Shown here: positions 9,634 to 19,740 of the stretch, piece after piece
Position numbering within the stretch: position 1 is the first letter of the stretch
Layout of the letters: the number at the start of each line of letters is the position of its first letter
NCBI GenBank assembly: GCA_040385525.1
Contig: JAZKHE010000002.1
Location: 855,200-919,199, forward strand
Origin: Bacteroidota bacterium
GTDB lineage: Bacteria > Bacteroidota > Bacteroidia > UBA4408
Direction of reading: 5' to 3'
Length of the DNA stretch: 64,000 nt
Made by a program: the position numbers and the translations under genes
The notes under the pieces: model-generated
Databases searched by the model: none
What the model saw: only the letters and a program-made list of their open reading frames with translations
What the model was told of the DNA's origin: nothing

Positions 9634-10815
9634 ATGACCGAAACATTGGATTTAGTTAGAAAAAATGAAATAGACCATTACGAAATCTTGGACTCCGAAC
9701 CCGAAGTTTCGTTTAATAATATTGTTAAGTTAGCATCAAAATTATTAGATGCTCCTTACGCACTAATATCTTTTGTTGACGATAGTCGTGTTTGGTTTAA
9801 AGCTCGCGTGGGTATTGAAGAAACTGAAATCGACAAAGAATACTCTATTTGTCACTTAGCCATTAATCAAGACGATGTTTGTGTTATTGAAGATATAACG
9901 CTTGACGATCGCACAAAAGATTTACCAATTTGCAAATCAAAATACAACATTAAATTTTATGCAGGCATACCAATTAAAAACAAAAATGGTATTAATCTCG
10001 GAATGCTTGTAATAATGGATACAAGACCACGATTGCTTGTAAAACGAGAAATCGAAATTTTAAAAGATTTATCGTATGCAACAATGAACCAATTAGAATT
10101 AAGATTGAGGTTGCGTTTAGCCGAAAAAGATAGAAATCAAAATACATTAATGTTAGCGCACGATGTTAAAAATTTTATATCAAACATACAAGCTGCAATA
10201 CCTATTCTTGTTGAAGCAAATCACAATTCAGATCAAAAATCATTTAACGAGTTAACAGGCTTACTTAAATCATTTGCAAATAAAAATGCAAATATTATAA
10301 ATCAATACATTGCAAAAGTTAAAGAAAGCGAATTTAAAATAGAACTTAATTTTCAAGAAGTAGATATAGTTAAAGTAATAAAAGAAGTAATTAAGAAAAA
10401 CACACTAAACGCAAAATCAAAAAGCCAAATTATTGAATTTAATTCTTCTCAAAGCCAAGCTTGCTGTTTAGCCGATGAGCAAAAAATTACTGAAGCAATA
10501 GATAATTTGGTAAACAACGCATTAAAATTTTCTCCTTTTAATAGCAAAATTCAAGTTGAATTAAAAGTCACACCAGCTAAAAAAATTCTAATTGAAGTAA
10601 TTGACGAAGGACCAGGAGTTACTATAGACGATTTAAGTAAAATGTTTCAAAAAAACGCTGTACTTTCTGCAAAACCAACGGGTAACGAAGTTTCAAGCGG
10701 AATTGGTTTGTGGCTTACCAATCAAATTGTACAATCAAACGGAGGCAAAGTTTTCGCAAATAAAAATTGTAGTGGTCCAGGTTCAAAATTTAGTATAGAA
10801 TTAAATTGTATTTAA
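9634..10815 (+). CDS. GAF-domain sensor histidine kinase
   Basis: N-terminal GAF-like region. H-box LAHDVKNFISNIQ. HATPase_c G-boxes (IDEGPGV; GIGLWLTNQIV). No TM segments. Divergent from the LuxR gene across a 312-bp AT-rich intergenic region. Confidence 0.7.
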   Translation: MTETLDLVRKNEIDHYEILDSEPEVSFNNIVKLASKLLDAPYALISFVDDSRVWFKARVGIEETEIDKEYSICHLAINQDDVCVIEDITLDDRTKDLPICKSKYNIKFYAGIPIKNKNGINLGMLVIMDTRPRLLVKREIEILKDLSYATMNQLELRLRLRLAEKDRNQNTLMLAHDVKNFISNIQAAIPILVEANHNSDQKSFNELTGLLKSFANKNANIINQYIAKVKESEFKIELNFQEVDIVKVIKEVIKKNTLNAKSKSQIIEFNSSQSQACCLADEQKITEAIDNLVNNALKFSPFNSKIQVELKVTPAKKILIEVIDEGPGVTIDDLSKMFQKNAVLSAKPTGNEVSSGIGLWLTNQIVQSNGGKVFANKNCSGPGSKFSIELNCI

Positions 10816-11018
10816 TTTTTAAAACTTACCATAAAACTTTACGAATTAGTAAACACAGTAATTCAAGAAATGCAGGAGGGCATTACAAAACGCTAAGATG
10901 AGTTGCTTTGTGTTAAAGCATTCGTTTTGTCTTCACTTTTTTTGGTTTGTTGTTTAGTTAAGTTAAAGAATGCATAAGCAAGTTTATGACTGTTCAATTG
11001 CTTGTTATTTCGCATAAT

Positions 11019-11095
11019 AAATCAGTTCCGTAGGAACGAACTATTGGTAGAAAATAACATAAATAAATAATCAAGCGCCGTAGGTGCGAAATATT
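11019..11095. repeat. REP-like dual-hairpin intergenic element, copy 1
   Basis: AGTTCCGTAGGAACGAACTATTGGTAGAAAATAACA...GCGCCGTAGGTGCGAA. A near-identical copy is at 14155-14225. Each has two short hairpins with a GTA loop (GTTCC-GTA-GGAAC; GCTCC-GTA-GGAGC in copy 2). Confidence 0.6.
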
Positions 11096-11184
11096 TTAAA
11101 GCACACCATTTTCAAACATAAGATCAACAATAGACAAACCAAGTGTAGATTTATTTTTATATTGGTATCCCAAATAAAAATTAT

Positions 11185-11721
11185 ATGCAAAATCTTCAGC
11201 AAGAAATCGATTTGTTAATTCGTAATGTGCCTGATTTTCCTAAGCCAGGAATCATGTTTAAAGACATTACACCAATATTATCCAACCAAGAGTTTTGCTC
11301 TAAAGTGGTTGATTTTTATACCGAACAATTTAAAGATAATTTACCCGATGCAATTGTAGGCATTGAGAGCAGAGGTTTTTTATTCGGAATGTTGTTGGCC
11401 AACAAATGGCAAATTCCATTTGTGCCTATTCGCAAAGCAGGTAAATTACCACACAAAACAGTTTCGTTTAGTTACGACTTAGAATACGGTTCAGCTACTA
11501 TCGAAATTCATGAAGATGCACTAAAACCAAACTGGAAAGTTATGGTACACGACGATTTATTAGCAACAGGTGGTACGGCAATGGCTGCGTCTGAACTAAT
11601 AAATAAATTAGGCGCTACAACACATTCATTTACTTTTTTGGTTAATTTGGAGTTCTTGCAAGGGGCTAAAAACTTATCAAAATATAGCAATAAAATAATA
11701 AGCGTAGCAAGCTATAGTTAA
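11185..11721 (+). CDS. apt: Adenine phosphoribosyltransferase
   Basis: 178 aa. PRPP-binding and APRT motifs VGIESRGFLFG and VHDDLLATGGT. Confidence 0.9.
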   Translation: MQNLQQEIDLLIRNVPDFPKPGIMFKDITPILSNQEFCSKVVDFYTEQFKDNLPDAIVGIESRGFLFGMLLANKWQIPFVPIRKAGKLPHKTVSFSYDLEYGSATIEIHEDALKPNWKVMVHDDLLATGGTAMAASELINKLGATTHSFTFLVNLEFLQGAKNLSKYSNKIISVASYS

Positions 11722-11760
11722 ACCAAAACTTATATATTTGCACTTCAAAAAAATAGCACT

Positions 11761-12900
11761 ATGAATTTCGGTCTTAGCGAAAACCAAAAAATGATTGCCG
11801 ATACTATCAAAAAGTTTGGCGAAACTAACATTAAACCTCACATGATGGAGTGGGACGAAACACAACGTTTCCCTATTGAAGTGATGAAACAATTAGGTGA
11901 ATTAGGCTTAATGGGTGTTTTAGTTCCTACTGAATATGGCGGTTCTGGCTTGTCTTATACTGAATACGTAACTGCTATTGTTGAACTTTCTAAAATAGAT
12001 AGTTCAATTGGTTTATCGATGGCTGCGCACAATTCATTGTGTACAGGTCATATTTTAGCTTTCGGAAACGAAGAACAAAAAAAGAAATATTTGCCAAAAT
12101 TAGCTACTGCAGAATGGATTGGTGCTTGGGGATTAACCGAAGCTAACACTGGTTCTGATGCTTTGCGCATGAAAGTTACTGCTAAAGAAGATGGTGAATA
12201 TTATGTGTTAAATGGAGCTAAAAACTGGATTACTCATGGCATTTCTGGCGATGTGGCTGTTGTTTTAGCGCGTACCGGCGAGTTGTTAGATTCTCATGGA
12301 ATTACGGCTTTTGTTGTAGAAAGAGGAACTCCAGGTTTTTCTGGCGGTAAAAAAGAAAATAAATTAGGAATGCGCTGTTCAGAAACTGCAGAAATGATTT
12401 TTGATAATTGTCGCGTACATAAATCTCAAATTTTAGGTAATGTTGGTGATGGTTTTGTTCAAGCCATGAAAGTACTTGATGGAGGTCGTATTTCAATAGC
12501 TTCATTATCAGTTGGTATTGCAAAAGGGGCTTACGAAGCTGCCTTAAAATATTCTAAAGAAAGAGAACAATTTGGTAAACCAATCTCTCAGTTTCAAGCT
12601 ATAGCTTTTAAATTAGCTGATATGGCTACTGAAATTGAAGCATCTGAATTATTAACTTTTAAAGCAGCCGATTTAAAAAATAAAGGTCAAAAAGTAACGG
12701 TGGCGGGTGCTTATGCTAAATATTATGCGTCTGAGGTATGTGTTAGAGCTGCTACAGAGGCAATTCAAATATTTGGTGGTTATGGCTATACAAAAGATTT
12801 CCCAGTAGAAAAATTCTACCGCGATTCTAAGTTGTGTACAATAGGAGAAGGTACTTCTGAAATCCAAAAATTGGTTATTTCCAGAGAGTTATTAAAGTAA
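11761..12900 (+). CDS. Acyl-CoA dehydrogenase (short/branched-chain type)
   Basis: 379 aa. GLTEANTGSDA motif. C-terminal catalytic Glu region (CTIGEGTSEIQ). Confidence 0.9.
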   Translation: MNFGLSENQKMIADTIKKFGETNIKPHMMEWDETQRFPIEVMKQLGELGLMGVLVPTEYGGSGLSYTEYVTAIVELSKIDSSIGLSMAAHNSLCTGHILAFGNEEQKKKYLPKLATAEWIGAWGLTEANTGSDALRMKVTAKEDGEYYVLNGAKNWITHGISGDVAVVLARTGELLDSHGITAFVVERGTPGFSGGKKENKLGMRCSETAEMIFDNCRVHKSQILGNVGDGFVQAMKVLDGGRISIASLSVGIAKGAYEAALKYSKEREQFGKPISQFQAIAFKLADMATEIEASELLTFKAADLKNKGQKVTVAGAYAKYYASEVCVRAATEAIQIFGGYGYTKDFPVEKFYRDSKLCTIGEGTSEIQKLVISRELLK

Positions 12901-12988
12901 TTTGAGATAATTTTTCACAAAATTTGTTTTTAAAAAGAAAAAAACGCTATATTTGCGACCCTTTATAACACAAAAATAATTTATAAAA

Positions 12989-13183
12989 ATGATTATAGTT
13001 CCAGTAAAAGACGGCGAATCAATTGAAAAATCGCTAAAAAAGTTTAAAAAGAAGATTGAAAAAACAGGTCTTATTAAAGAATTGCGCGAGCGTCAAAAAT
13101 TTACTAAGCCTTCAGTAGTAAACAGAAAACAAAAAATTAAAGCTGTTTACATCCAAAAATTACGCAGAGAAGAAGAAGCTTAA
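12989..13183 (+). CDS. rpsU: 30S ribosomal protein S21
   Basis: 64 aa basic protein with KFKKKIEKTGLIKELRERQKFTKPS. Conserved rpsU-xerC-hpf context. Confidence 0.9.
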   Translation: MIIVPVKDGESIEKSLKKFKKKIEKTGLIKELRERQKFTKPSVVNRKQKIKAVYIQKLRREEEA

Positions 13184-13248
13184 TATTTCTTTTCAATAAT
13201 ACTTTCAAATAAGTTACTTTTGCTTTGGTAAGAGTAACTTATTTTTTT

Positions 13249-14133
13249 ATGTCAATTGATGGCTTTGTTTCCTATATAACTTTCGAAAAAAGGTTTTCGC
13301 ACCTTACCGTTCAAAGCTATCAACACGATTTATCGCAGTTTGCGCTCTATTGCCAAAGTCAATACCAAATAAATAACATTGCAGAAGCTAATCATTCCAT
13401 AGTTCGTTCGTGGTTGGTTTCTTTAATGGAACTCGATAAAATAAAGGCGCGTAGCATAAACCGAAAAATTTCTACACTTAAATCATACTACAAATTTTTG
13501 CTAAAAGAAGGTGTAATTAAAACCTCGCCAATGGCAAAAGTTACTGCGCCTAAAACAGAAAAAAAATTACCTGTTTTTGTTGAGCAAAGCAAAATGAACG
13601 AACTGTTTGATGAGACTTATTTTAAAACGGATTATGAAGGTGTTTTAAGCAAAGCAATAATAATGTTGTTTTATGCAACAGGCATGCGTAGAGCAGAATT
13701 ACTTAATTTAAAAGAAAGCAGTTTTAATTTTTACGAAGGCACCGTTAAGGTTTTAGGTAAACGTAATAAAGAACGTCTAATTCCTTTAACAGCAGAAGTT
13801 ATAGTGGTGCTAAAACAGTATAAAGAAAAAAAAGTTACTCAAAAATTTATAAGTGAGTACTTTTTTATAAATCCAAAAGCTAAACCAGTTAGCGAACAAA
13901 ATATTTATACAATTGTAAAAAAGTACCTAGGTAATTTAGGACAAACTGGTAAAAAAAGTCCACATATTTTAAGGCATACATTTGCAACCCACATGCTAAA
14001 TAATGGCAGCGATTTAAATGCAATAAAAGAAATGCTTGGTCACGCAAGTCTTGCAGCAACGCAAGTTTATACGCACAACTCTATCGAAAAATTAAAAGAA
14101 GCTTATAAAAAAGCACATCCACGAGGAGAATAA
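13249..14133 (+). CDS. xerC: Tyrosine recombinase XerC/XerD family
   Basis: Catalytic motifs HILRHTFATHML and GHASLAATQVYTH. The track start at 13225 is a TTG inside a hairpin. The first ATG is at 13249. Confidence 0.85.
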   Translation: MSIDGFVSYITFEKRFSHLTVQSYQHDLSQFALYCQSQYQINNIAEANHSIVRSWLVSLMELDKIKARSINRKISTLKSYYKFLLKEGVIKTSPMAKVTAPKTEKKLPVFVEQSKMNELFDETYFKTDYEGVLSKAIIMLFYATGMRRAELLNLKESSFNFYEGTVKVLGKRNKERLIPLTAEVIVVLKQYKEKKVTQKFISEYFFINPKAKPVSEQNIYTIVKKYLGNLGQTGKKSPHILRHTFATHMLNNGSDLNAIKEMLGHASLAATQVYTHNSIEKLKEAYKKAHPRGE

Positions 14134-14154
14134 ATAATATTACAAATGTGCTTT

Positions 14155-14225
14155 TAAAGTTCCGTAGGAACGAACTATTTGCAGAATAACAAAAGATAAG
14201 AAGCAAGCTCCGTAGGAGCGACCTA
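14155..14225. repeat. REP-like dual-hairpin intergenic element, copy 2
   Basis: AGTTCCGTAGGAACGAACTATTTGCAGAATAACAAAAGATAAGAAGCAAGCTCCGTAGGAGCGACC. Same architecture as 11019-11095. Confidence 0.6.
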
Positions 14226-14400
14226 GCATTTTTAAAATAAGTTGTTGAGCAAAAAAATAAGCAACAAACGCTTAAACGATACAAGCCGAAATAAAGTTAC
14301 ACAATACATTCTTTTCACAAAATTTAGTCTTTTTTATTTTGAATACCTCATTATAAAAACTAATTTTAGCCAACATAAATTTAAAATAGGAGGATATTTT

Positions 14401-14694
14401 ATGAAGGTTAACATTCAATCAATTCATTTCGATGCAGATGTAAAATTGATTAATTTTATTGAAGAAAAAGTAGCTAAACTAGCCCATTTTCATGAAGGTA
14501 TAACGGGTAATGAGGTTTTTTTAAGACTCGATAAATCGAGCGATGCCGAAAATAAAATTGTAGAAATTAAAATACACATACCTGGCAACGATTTATTTGC
14601 AAAAAAACAATGTAAATCCTTTGAAGAGGCAACAGACTTGGCGGTTGATGCTCTTAAAATCCAAGTAAAAAAACATAAAGAAAAAGTTAAATAA
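14401..14694 (+). CDS. hpf: Ribosome hibernation promoting factor (RaiA/HPF short form)
   Basis: Start at ATG 14401, preceded by an AGGAGG-like RBS. The ORF-track 14242 start adds a non-homologous N-terminal extension. Protein MKVNIQSIHFDADVKLINFIEEKV... matches the HPF/YfiA fold. Confidence 0.85.
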   Translation: MKVNIQSIHFDADVKLINFIEEKVAKLAHFHEGITGNEVFLRLDKSSDAENKIVEIKIHIPGNDLFAKKQCKSFEEATDLAVDALKIQVKKHKEKVK

Positions 14695-14763
14695 GCCATA
14701 AAATAAAAAATCTTAAAAAAAGATTAAATTTTTTTTGGAGTTAAATAAATGTTTTCTACATTT

Positions 14764-14790
14764 GCAGTCCCTTTTCGTAGGGACTTTTTT
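14764..14790 (+). terminator. Terminator after hpf
   Basis: GCAGTCCC-TTTTCGTA-GGGACT hairpin followed by TTTTTTATT. Confidence 0.6.
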
Positions 14791-14839
14791 ATTAGCTTTA
14801 AAAACGAAGTAAAAAAGTAGTTTGAAAGTTAAAAAATAA

Positions 14840-14912
14840 GCCGAAGTAGCTCAGCTGGTAGAGCCACTGATTTGTAATCAGTAGGTCGGGGGTTCGAGTC
14901 CCTTCTTCGGCT
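14840..14912 (+). tRNA. tRNA-Thr (anticodon UGU)
   Basis: Cloverleaf GCCGAAG/CTTCGGC acceptor. Anticodon stem ACTGA/TCAGT with loop TTTGTAA. T-loop GGTTCGAGTCC. Confidence 0.9.
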
Positions 14913-14963
14913 CTTTTTTTTGTTCGTTCTTTAAAAGAAATGTTTTTGAAGAGTGTACAAGGA

Positions 14964-15043
14964 GGGGAGATACCAGAGTGGCCAAATGGGACGGACTGTA
15001 AATCCGTTGCGAAAGCTTCGAAGGTTCGAATCCTTCTCTCCCC
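14964..15043 (+). tRNA. tRNA-Tyr (anticodon GUA), class II with long variable arm
   Basis: Acceptor GGGGAGA/TCTCCCC. Anticodon loop CTGTAAA. Long variable arm GCGAAAGCTTCGAAG. T-loop GGTTCGAATCC. Followed by a hairpin plus T-run (15061-15089). Confidence 0.9.
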
Positions 15044-15091
15044 ACATTAAACGAAAAACAAATTGATCTAAAAATCAATTTGTTTTTTTAA

Positions 15092-15164
15092 GCGGAAGTA
15101 GCTCATTTGGTAGAGCATCAGCCTTCCAAGCTGAGGGTGGCCGGTTCGAGCCCGGTCTTCCGCT
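15092..15164 (+). tRNA. tRNA-Gly (anticodon UCC)
   Basis: Acceptor GCGGAAG/CTTCCGC. Anticodon stem TCAGC/GCTGA with loop CTTCCAA. T-loop GGTTCGAGCCC. Confidence 0.9.
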
Positions 15165-15222
15165 CTAGAGTTTGAAAGTAACTTTTTTTATTTTCTAAAG
15201 AAGATAAAAGCGTTACTCTAAA

Positions 15223-15294
<72 letters not shown>

Positions 15295-15360
15295 CAAATT
15301 GTTGCGGTATTAAAAAGAATTCAATTAAATAAACATAAACACTAAAATAAAACAACAATC

Positions 15361-16548
15361 ATGGCAAAAGAAAACTTCGACCGTTCCAAGCCGCACGTTA
15401 ACATTGGAACTATTGGTCACGTGGATCACGGTAAAACTACATTAACTGCAGCTATCACTTCTGTATTAGCAGATTTAGGATTAGCAGCTGTTCGTGATTT
15501 CTCTTCAATCGACAACGCTCCTGAAGAAAAAGAACGTGGTATTACTATTAACACTTCTCACGTTGAGTACGAAACTAAAAACCGTCACTACGCTCACGTT
15601 GACTGTCCAGGTCACGCGGATTACGTAAAAAACATGGTTACTGGTGCTGCTCAAATGGATGGTGCAATATTAGTAGTTGCTGCAACAGATGGTCCAATGC
15701 CACAAACTCGTGAGCATATCCTTTTGGCTCGCCAAGTTGGTGTTCCAGAAATCGTTGTGTTTATGAATAAAGTAGATATGGTTGATGACGTAGAGTTATT
15801 AGACCTTGTTGAAATGGAAATTCGTGAATTATTATCTTTCTATAAATTTAATGGAGATGCAACTCCAATCATCCGTGGTTCTGCTTTAGGTGGTTTAAAT
15901 AAAGATGCTAACTGGGTTCCAAAAATTATGGAATTAATGGATGCTGTAGATTCTTACATTCCATTACCTCCACGTGATGTTGATAAGCCTTTCTTAATGC
16001 CAGTTGAAGACGTATTTACAATTACTGGTCGTGGTACTGTTGCTACAGGACGTATCGAATCAGGTGTAATTAAAGTTGGAGAAGAGGTTGAGATTATGGG
16101 TATGCAAGAGGAAAAATTAAAATCAGTTTGTACTGGTGTTGAGATGTTCCGTAAATTGCTAGATAGAGGTGAAGCTGGTGATAACGCAGGTTTATTATTA
16201 CGTGGTATCGATAAAAAAGATATTCGTCGTGGTATGGTTATCGCTAAACCAGGTTCAATTACTCCACACACTGAGTTTAAAGCTGAGGTGTATATCTTGA
16301 AAAAAGAAGAAGGTGGACGTCATACTCCATTCCATAACAAATACCGTCCTCAATTCTACTTGCGTACAACTGACGTAACAGGAGAAATTGATTTAGGTGA
16401 AGGTCGCGAAATGGTTATGCCAGGTGATAACGTTACTATTACAGTAAAATTAATTTGCCCGGTAGCTATGGACAAAGGCTTACGTTTCGCTATCCGTGAG
16501 GGTGGTAGAACAGTAGGTGCTGGTCAAGTAACTGAAGTTATAAAATAA
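15361..16548 (+). CDS. tuf: Elongation factor Tu
   Basis: 395 aa. [18 protein letters not shown] and NKVD GTPase motifs. Confidence 0.98.
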   Translation: MAKENFDRSKPHVNIGTIGHVDHGKTTLTAAITSVLADLGLAAVRDFSSIDNAPEEKERGITINTSHVEYETKNRHYAHVDCPGHADYVKNMVTGAAQMDGAILVVAATDGPMPQTREHILLARQVGVPEIVVFMNKVDMVDDVELLDLVEMEIRELLSFYKFNGDATPIIRGSALGGLNKDANWVPKIMELMDAVDSYIPLPPRDVDKPFLMPVEDVFTITGRGTVATGRIESGVIKVGEEVEIMGMQEEKLKSVCTGVEMFRKLLDRGEAGDNAGLLLRGIDKKDIRRGMVIAKPGSITPHTEFKAEVYILKKEEGGRHTPFHNKYRPQFYLRTTDVTGEIDLGEGREMVMPGDNVTITVKLICPVAMDKGLRFAIREGGRTVGAGQVTEVIK

Positions 16549-16573
16549 TTATATCCATTAAGGATTTAGACAA

Positions 16574-16607
16574 GGTGTTCCGATTTATCGGAACGCCTTT
16601 CTTTACC
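16574..16607 (+). terminator. Terminator after tuf
   Basis: GTTCCGAT-TT-ATCGGAAC hairpin followed by a T-rich tract. Confidence 0.55.
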
Positions 16608-16629
16608 TTGTGGAATTTGTGTTTTAAAT

Positions 16630-16704
16630 ACAGGTGTAGTTCAAGGGTAGAATGTCGGTCTCCAAAACCGCTGATGGGAGTTCGAATCTCTCCACCTGTG
16701 CCAA
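16630..16704 (+). tRNA. tRNA-Trp (anticodon CCA), CCA end encoded
   Basis: Acceptor ACAGGTG/CACCTGT. Anticodon loop CTCCAAA. T-arm GGGAG-TTCGAAT-CTCTC. Aligns arm-by-arm with E. coli tRNA-Trp. Sits in the conserved position between tuf and secE. Confidence 0.9.
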
Positions 16705-16717
16705 AGAATAAAAAAAT

Positions 16718-16912
16718 ATGAGTAAAATAAAAGCATATTTCGAGGAAACGTATAGCGAGTTAGTACAAAAAGTAACTTGGCCTACTTGGGCTGAATTGCA
16801 AAGTAGTGCTGTAATTGTTATGATTGCTTCTGTAATAATTGCACTTTTAGTATTAGGTATGGATACTAGCTTTAGAGTAATTATGGAGAGTATTTATAAA
16901 ATGACTAACTAA
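16718..16912 (+). CDS. secE: Preprotein translocase subunit SecE
   Basis: 64 aa with a single C-terminal TM helix. Conserved position before nusG. Confidence 0.9.
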   Translation: MSKIKAYFEETYSELVQKVTWPTWAELQSSAVIVMIASVIIALLVLGMDTSFRVIMESIYKMTN

Positions 16913-16926
16913 GAAAAATTAGAGCA

Positions 16927-17490
16927 ATGAGTGAAGTTGTAAAAGGCGAGTTAGTAAAAAAATGGTACGTTGTTAGAGCCATTAGCGGAAAAGAAAAAAA
17001 GGTTAAAGATTATATTGAGTCTGAAGTTAAACATTCAGGAATGAGTGAGTACGTTTCGCAAGTATTAATTCCTACCGAAAAAGTATATCAAATTCGCAAT
17101 GGTAAAAAAGTAAGTAAAGAACGTAGCTTTTTTCCTGGTTATATTTTGTTAGAAGCAAATTTAATGGGTGAAATTATTCACTTAATTAAAAATATTACTG
17201 GTGTTATTGGCTTTTTAGGAGATAAAAACGGAGAACCAGTTCCATTGAGAATGGCCGAAGTAAACCGTATTTTAGGAAAAGTAGATCAATTAGCCGAAAG
17301 CGATGAAGAATTAAACAATCCTTTTATTGTTGGAGAAGCAGTAAAAGTAATCGATGGTCCTTTTAATAGCTTTAGCGGAGTAATTGAAGAGATTAATGAA
17401 GAAAAGAAAAAACTGAAAGTAATGGTTAAAATTTTCGGAAGAAAAACACCATTAGAATTAAGTTACATGCAAGTACAAAAAGAAAATTAA
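16927..17490 (+). CDS. nusG: Transcription termination/antitermination factor NusG
   Basis: NGN domain (KWYVVRAISGKE). C-terminal KOW (GEAVKVIDGPFNSFSGVIEEI). Confidence 0.95.
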   Translation: MSEVVKGELVKKWYVVRAISGKEKKVKDYIESEVKHSGMSEYVSQVLIPTEKVYQIRNGKKVSKERSFFPGYILLEANLMGEIIHLIKNITGVIGFLGDKNGEPVPLRMAEVNRILGKVDQLAESDEELNNPFIVGEAVKVIDGPFNSFSGVIEEINEEKKKLKVMVKIFGRKTPLELSYMQVQKEN

Positions 17491-17570
17491 TATAATTCAA
17501 GAATTTATAATGTTACGTTAAAAATTGCTTCCACATTAATTAGCGTTAAGTTTTAAAAACAAACAAACAA

Positions 17571-18014
17571 ATGGCAAAAGAAATCACAGGATTTGTTAAA
17601 TTACAGGTAAAAGGCGGTGCTGCCAATCCTTCGCCACCAATCGGACCTGCATTAGGTTCTAAAGGTGTAAACATCATGGAGTTTTGCAAACAATTTAATG
17701 CAAGAACTCAAGAGAAAGCTGGGAAAGTTTTACCTGTTATCATTACTGTTTATTCTGACAAGTCGTTTGACTTCATTATTAAAACGCCACCTGCTGCTAT
17801 TCAATTACTTGATGCTGCAAAAATAAAATCAGGTTCAGCAGAAAGCAACCGTAAAAAAGTTGGTTCTGTAACTTGGGATCAGGTGAGAACGATTGCCGAA
17901 GGTAAAATGCCCGACTTAAACTGCTTTACTATCGAATCTGCAATGAGCATGATAGCTGGTACTGCACGCAGTATGGGTTTAACTATCGCTGGTGAATCTC
18001 CGTTAAAAAAATAA
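17571..18014 (+). CDS. rplK: 50S ribosomal protein L11
   Basis: 147 aa. PPIGPALG motif. Confidence 0.97.
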   Translation: MAKEITGFVKLQVKGGAANPSPPIGPALGSKGVNIMEFCKQFNARTQEKAGKVLPVIITVYSDKSFDFIIKTPPAAIQLLDAAKIKSGSAESNRKKVGSVTWDQVRTIAEGKMPDLNCFTIESAMSMIAGTARSMGLTIAGESPLKK

Positions 18015-18067
18015 TTTAATCAAACTAATTGTTCCGGAAAACGGTAATAGTTTAATAACAAAAAAAA

Positions 18068-18763
18068 ATGGCACAAGTAACGAAAAATAGAAAAGCAGTT
18101 TTAGCCAAAGTGAATCAAGATAAATCTTATTCATTAGCTGAAGCTGCCAAATTGGTAAAAGAAATTACTACCACCAAGTTTGATGCTTCTGTTGACGTTT
18201 GCGTACGTTTAGGTGTTGACCCTCGTAAAGCCAATCAAATGGTAAGAGGTGTTGTAACCTTACCACACGGTACAGGTAAAACTGTTAGAGTGTTGGTATT
18301 ATGTACGCCCGACAAAGAAGCTGAAGCTAAGGCGGCCGGTGCAGATTTCGTAGGTTTGGACGAGTATATTGATAAAATCAAAGCAGGTTGGACTGATGTT
18401 GATGTTATCATTACTATGCCAAGTATTATGGGTAAAGTTGGTGCTTTAGGTAAAGTATTAGGTCCACGTGGTTTAATGCCAAATCCTAAAACAGGTACAG
18501 TAACTCTAGAAGTAGGTAAAGCTGTATCAGATGTAAAAGGCGGTAAAATCGACTTTAAAGTTGATAAAACTGGAATCGTGCATGCTTCAGTTGGAAAAGC
18601 ATCTTTTGATGCTCAAAAATTAACTGAAAACACAAGCGAACTTATACAAACTATTATCAAATTAAAACCTTCAGCTGCAAAAGGAGCCTACATCAAAAGT
18701 ATCTTTTTATCAAGTACAATGAGCCCAAGTGTTCAAGTTGATGCAAAATCAGTTAGCATTTAA
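18068..18763 (+). CDS. rplA: 50S ribosomal protein L1
   Basis: 231 aa. Canonical L1 sequence and operon position. Confidence 0.97.
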   Translation: MAQVTKNRKAVLAKVNQDKSYSLAEAAKLVKEITTTKFDASVDVCVRLGVDPRKANQMVRGVVTLPHGTGKTVRVLVLCTPDKEAEAKAAGADFVGLDEYIDKIKAGWTDVDVIITMPSIMGKVGALGKVLGPRGLMPNPKTGTVTLEVGKAVSDVKGGKIDFKVDKTGIVHASVGKASFDAQKLTENTSELIQTIIKLKPSAAKGAYIKSIFLSSTMSPSVQVDAKSVSI

Positions 18764-18816
18764 GCTATAAGTAATTAATTAAAGATACAAGTGTAGAACA
18801 AGCAAAAGCAACGACA

Positions 18817-19314
18817 ATGAAAAAAGAAGAAAAAAACGCATTGATCGATTCTCTGGTGGTTAAGTTAGAAAATAACCCCAACTTTTATCTAACAGACGCG
18901 TCAAGCTTAACTGTAGAAAAAGTAAACACCTTGAGAAGAAGATGTTTTGATGCAAACATTAACATGCTTGTAGTTAAAAATACACTGCTTAAAAAAGCAA
19001 TGGACAAAGCAAAAGGTAGCTACGACGAATTATATGGTTCGTTAAAAGGCGCAACAGCAGTAATGTTTTGCGAAAATGGTAGTGCACCTGCTAAACTGAT
19101 AAAACAGTTCCATAGCGAGGGTAACAAAAGACCCGTTTTAAAGGCAGCTTTTATTGAAGAATGTTCTTTTATTGGAGCAGATCAATTAGATAAATTAGCT
19201 ACATTCAAATCCAGACTTGACCTTATTGGTGATATTATTGGATCATTGCAATCTCCTGCAAAAAATATTATCTCTGCGCTTATTGCAAAGAGCGAAAAAG
19301 AAAGTGGAGAATAA
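18817..19314 (+). CDS. rplJ: 50S ribosomal protein L10
   Basis: 165 aa. Operon position between rplA and rplL. Confidence 0.95.
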   Translation: MKKEEKNALIDSLVVKLENNPNFYLTDASSLTVEKVNTLRRRCFDANINMLVVKNTLLKKAMDKAKGSYDELYGSLKGATAVMFCENGSAPAKLIKQFHSEGNKRPVLKAAFIEECSFIGADQLDKLATFKSRLDLIGDIIGSLQSPAKNIISALIAKSEKESGE

Positions 19315-19351
19315 TTAAACTTAGTAACAAACAAATTAAAATTTAAAAAAA

Positions 19352-19720
19352 ATGGCAGATTTAAAAACTTTCGCAGAACAGTTAGCTAACCTTACTGTTA
19401 AAGAAGTAACCGAATTAGCTCAAATATTAAAAGACGAGTATGGTATTGAACCAGCAGCAGCAACTGTAGTAGTTTCTGGTGGTGGAGGTGCAGCAGCAGC
19501 TGTAGAACAAACTACTTTTGATGTTATCTTAAAAAGTGGCGGTGCTGCTAAATTAGGCGTTGTTAAATTGGTTAAAGATATTACAGGTTTAGGCTTAAAA
19601 GAAGCTAAAGATTTAGTAGACGGAGCTCCAAAACCTGTTAAAGAAGGTATTGATAAAGCTGAAGCAGAATCTATCAAAAAACAGTTAGAAGAAGCTGGAG
19701 CTGAGGTTGAAGTTAAGTAA
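19352..19720 (+). CDS. rplL: 50S ribosomal protein L7/L12
   Basis: 122 aa. Ala/Gly-rich hinge and a conserved C-terminal domain. Confidence 0.97.
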   Translation: MADLKTFAEQLANLTVKEVTELAQILKDEYGIEPAAATVVVSGGGGAAAAVEQTTFDVILKSGGAAKLGVVKLVKDITGLGLKEAKDLVDGAPKPVKEGIDKAEAESIKKQLEEAGAEVEVK

Positions 19721-19740
19721 GCTTATTTCTAAACAAATTA

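Noticed and set aside
14242-14400. N-terminal 53-aa extension of the ORF containing hpf
   Set aside because: The extension (MLSKKISNKRLNDTSRNKVTQYILF...) covers the REP-like element and the AT-rich promoter region. A strong RBS (AGGAGG) precedes the internal ATG at 14401, where HPF homology begins.
14840-14912. Initial reading of the first tRNA as tRNA-Tyr (GTA)
   Set aside because: Proper placement of the 7-nt anticodon loop (TTTGTAA) puts TGT at positions 34-36. The tRNA also has a short variable arm, whereas bacterial tRNA-Tyr is class II. The true tRNA-Tyr is the next gene, with a long variable arm.
14810-15222. Conserved AGTTTGAAAGT upstream of both tRNA-Thr genes as a Bacteroidetes -7 (TAnnTTTG) promoter element
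   Set aside because: Spacing to the tRNA 5' ends differs (about 11 vs 50 nt), and neither instance fits the TAnnTTTG spacing exactly. More likely a processing or spacer motif. Insufficient evidence.
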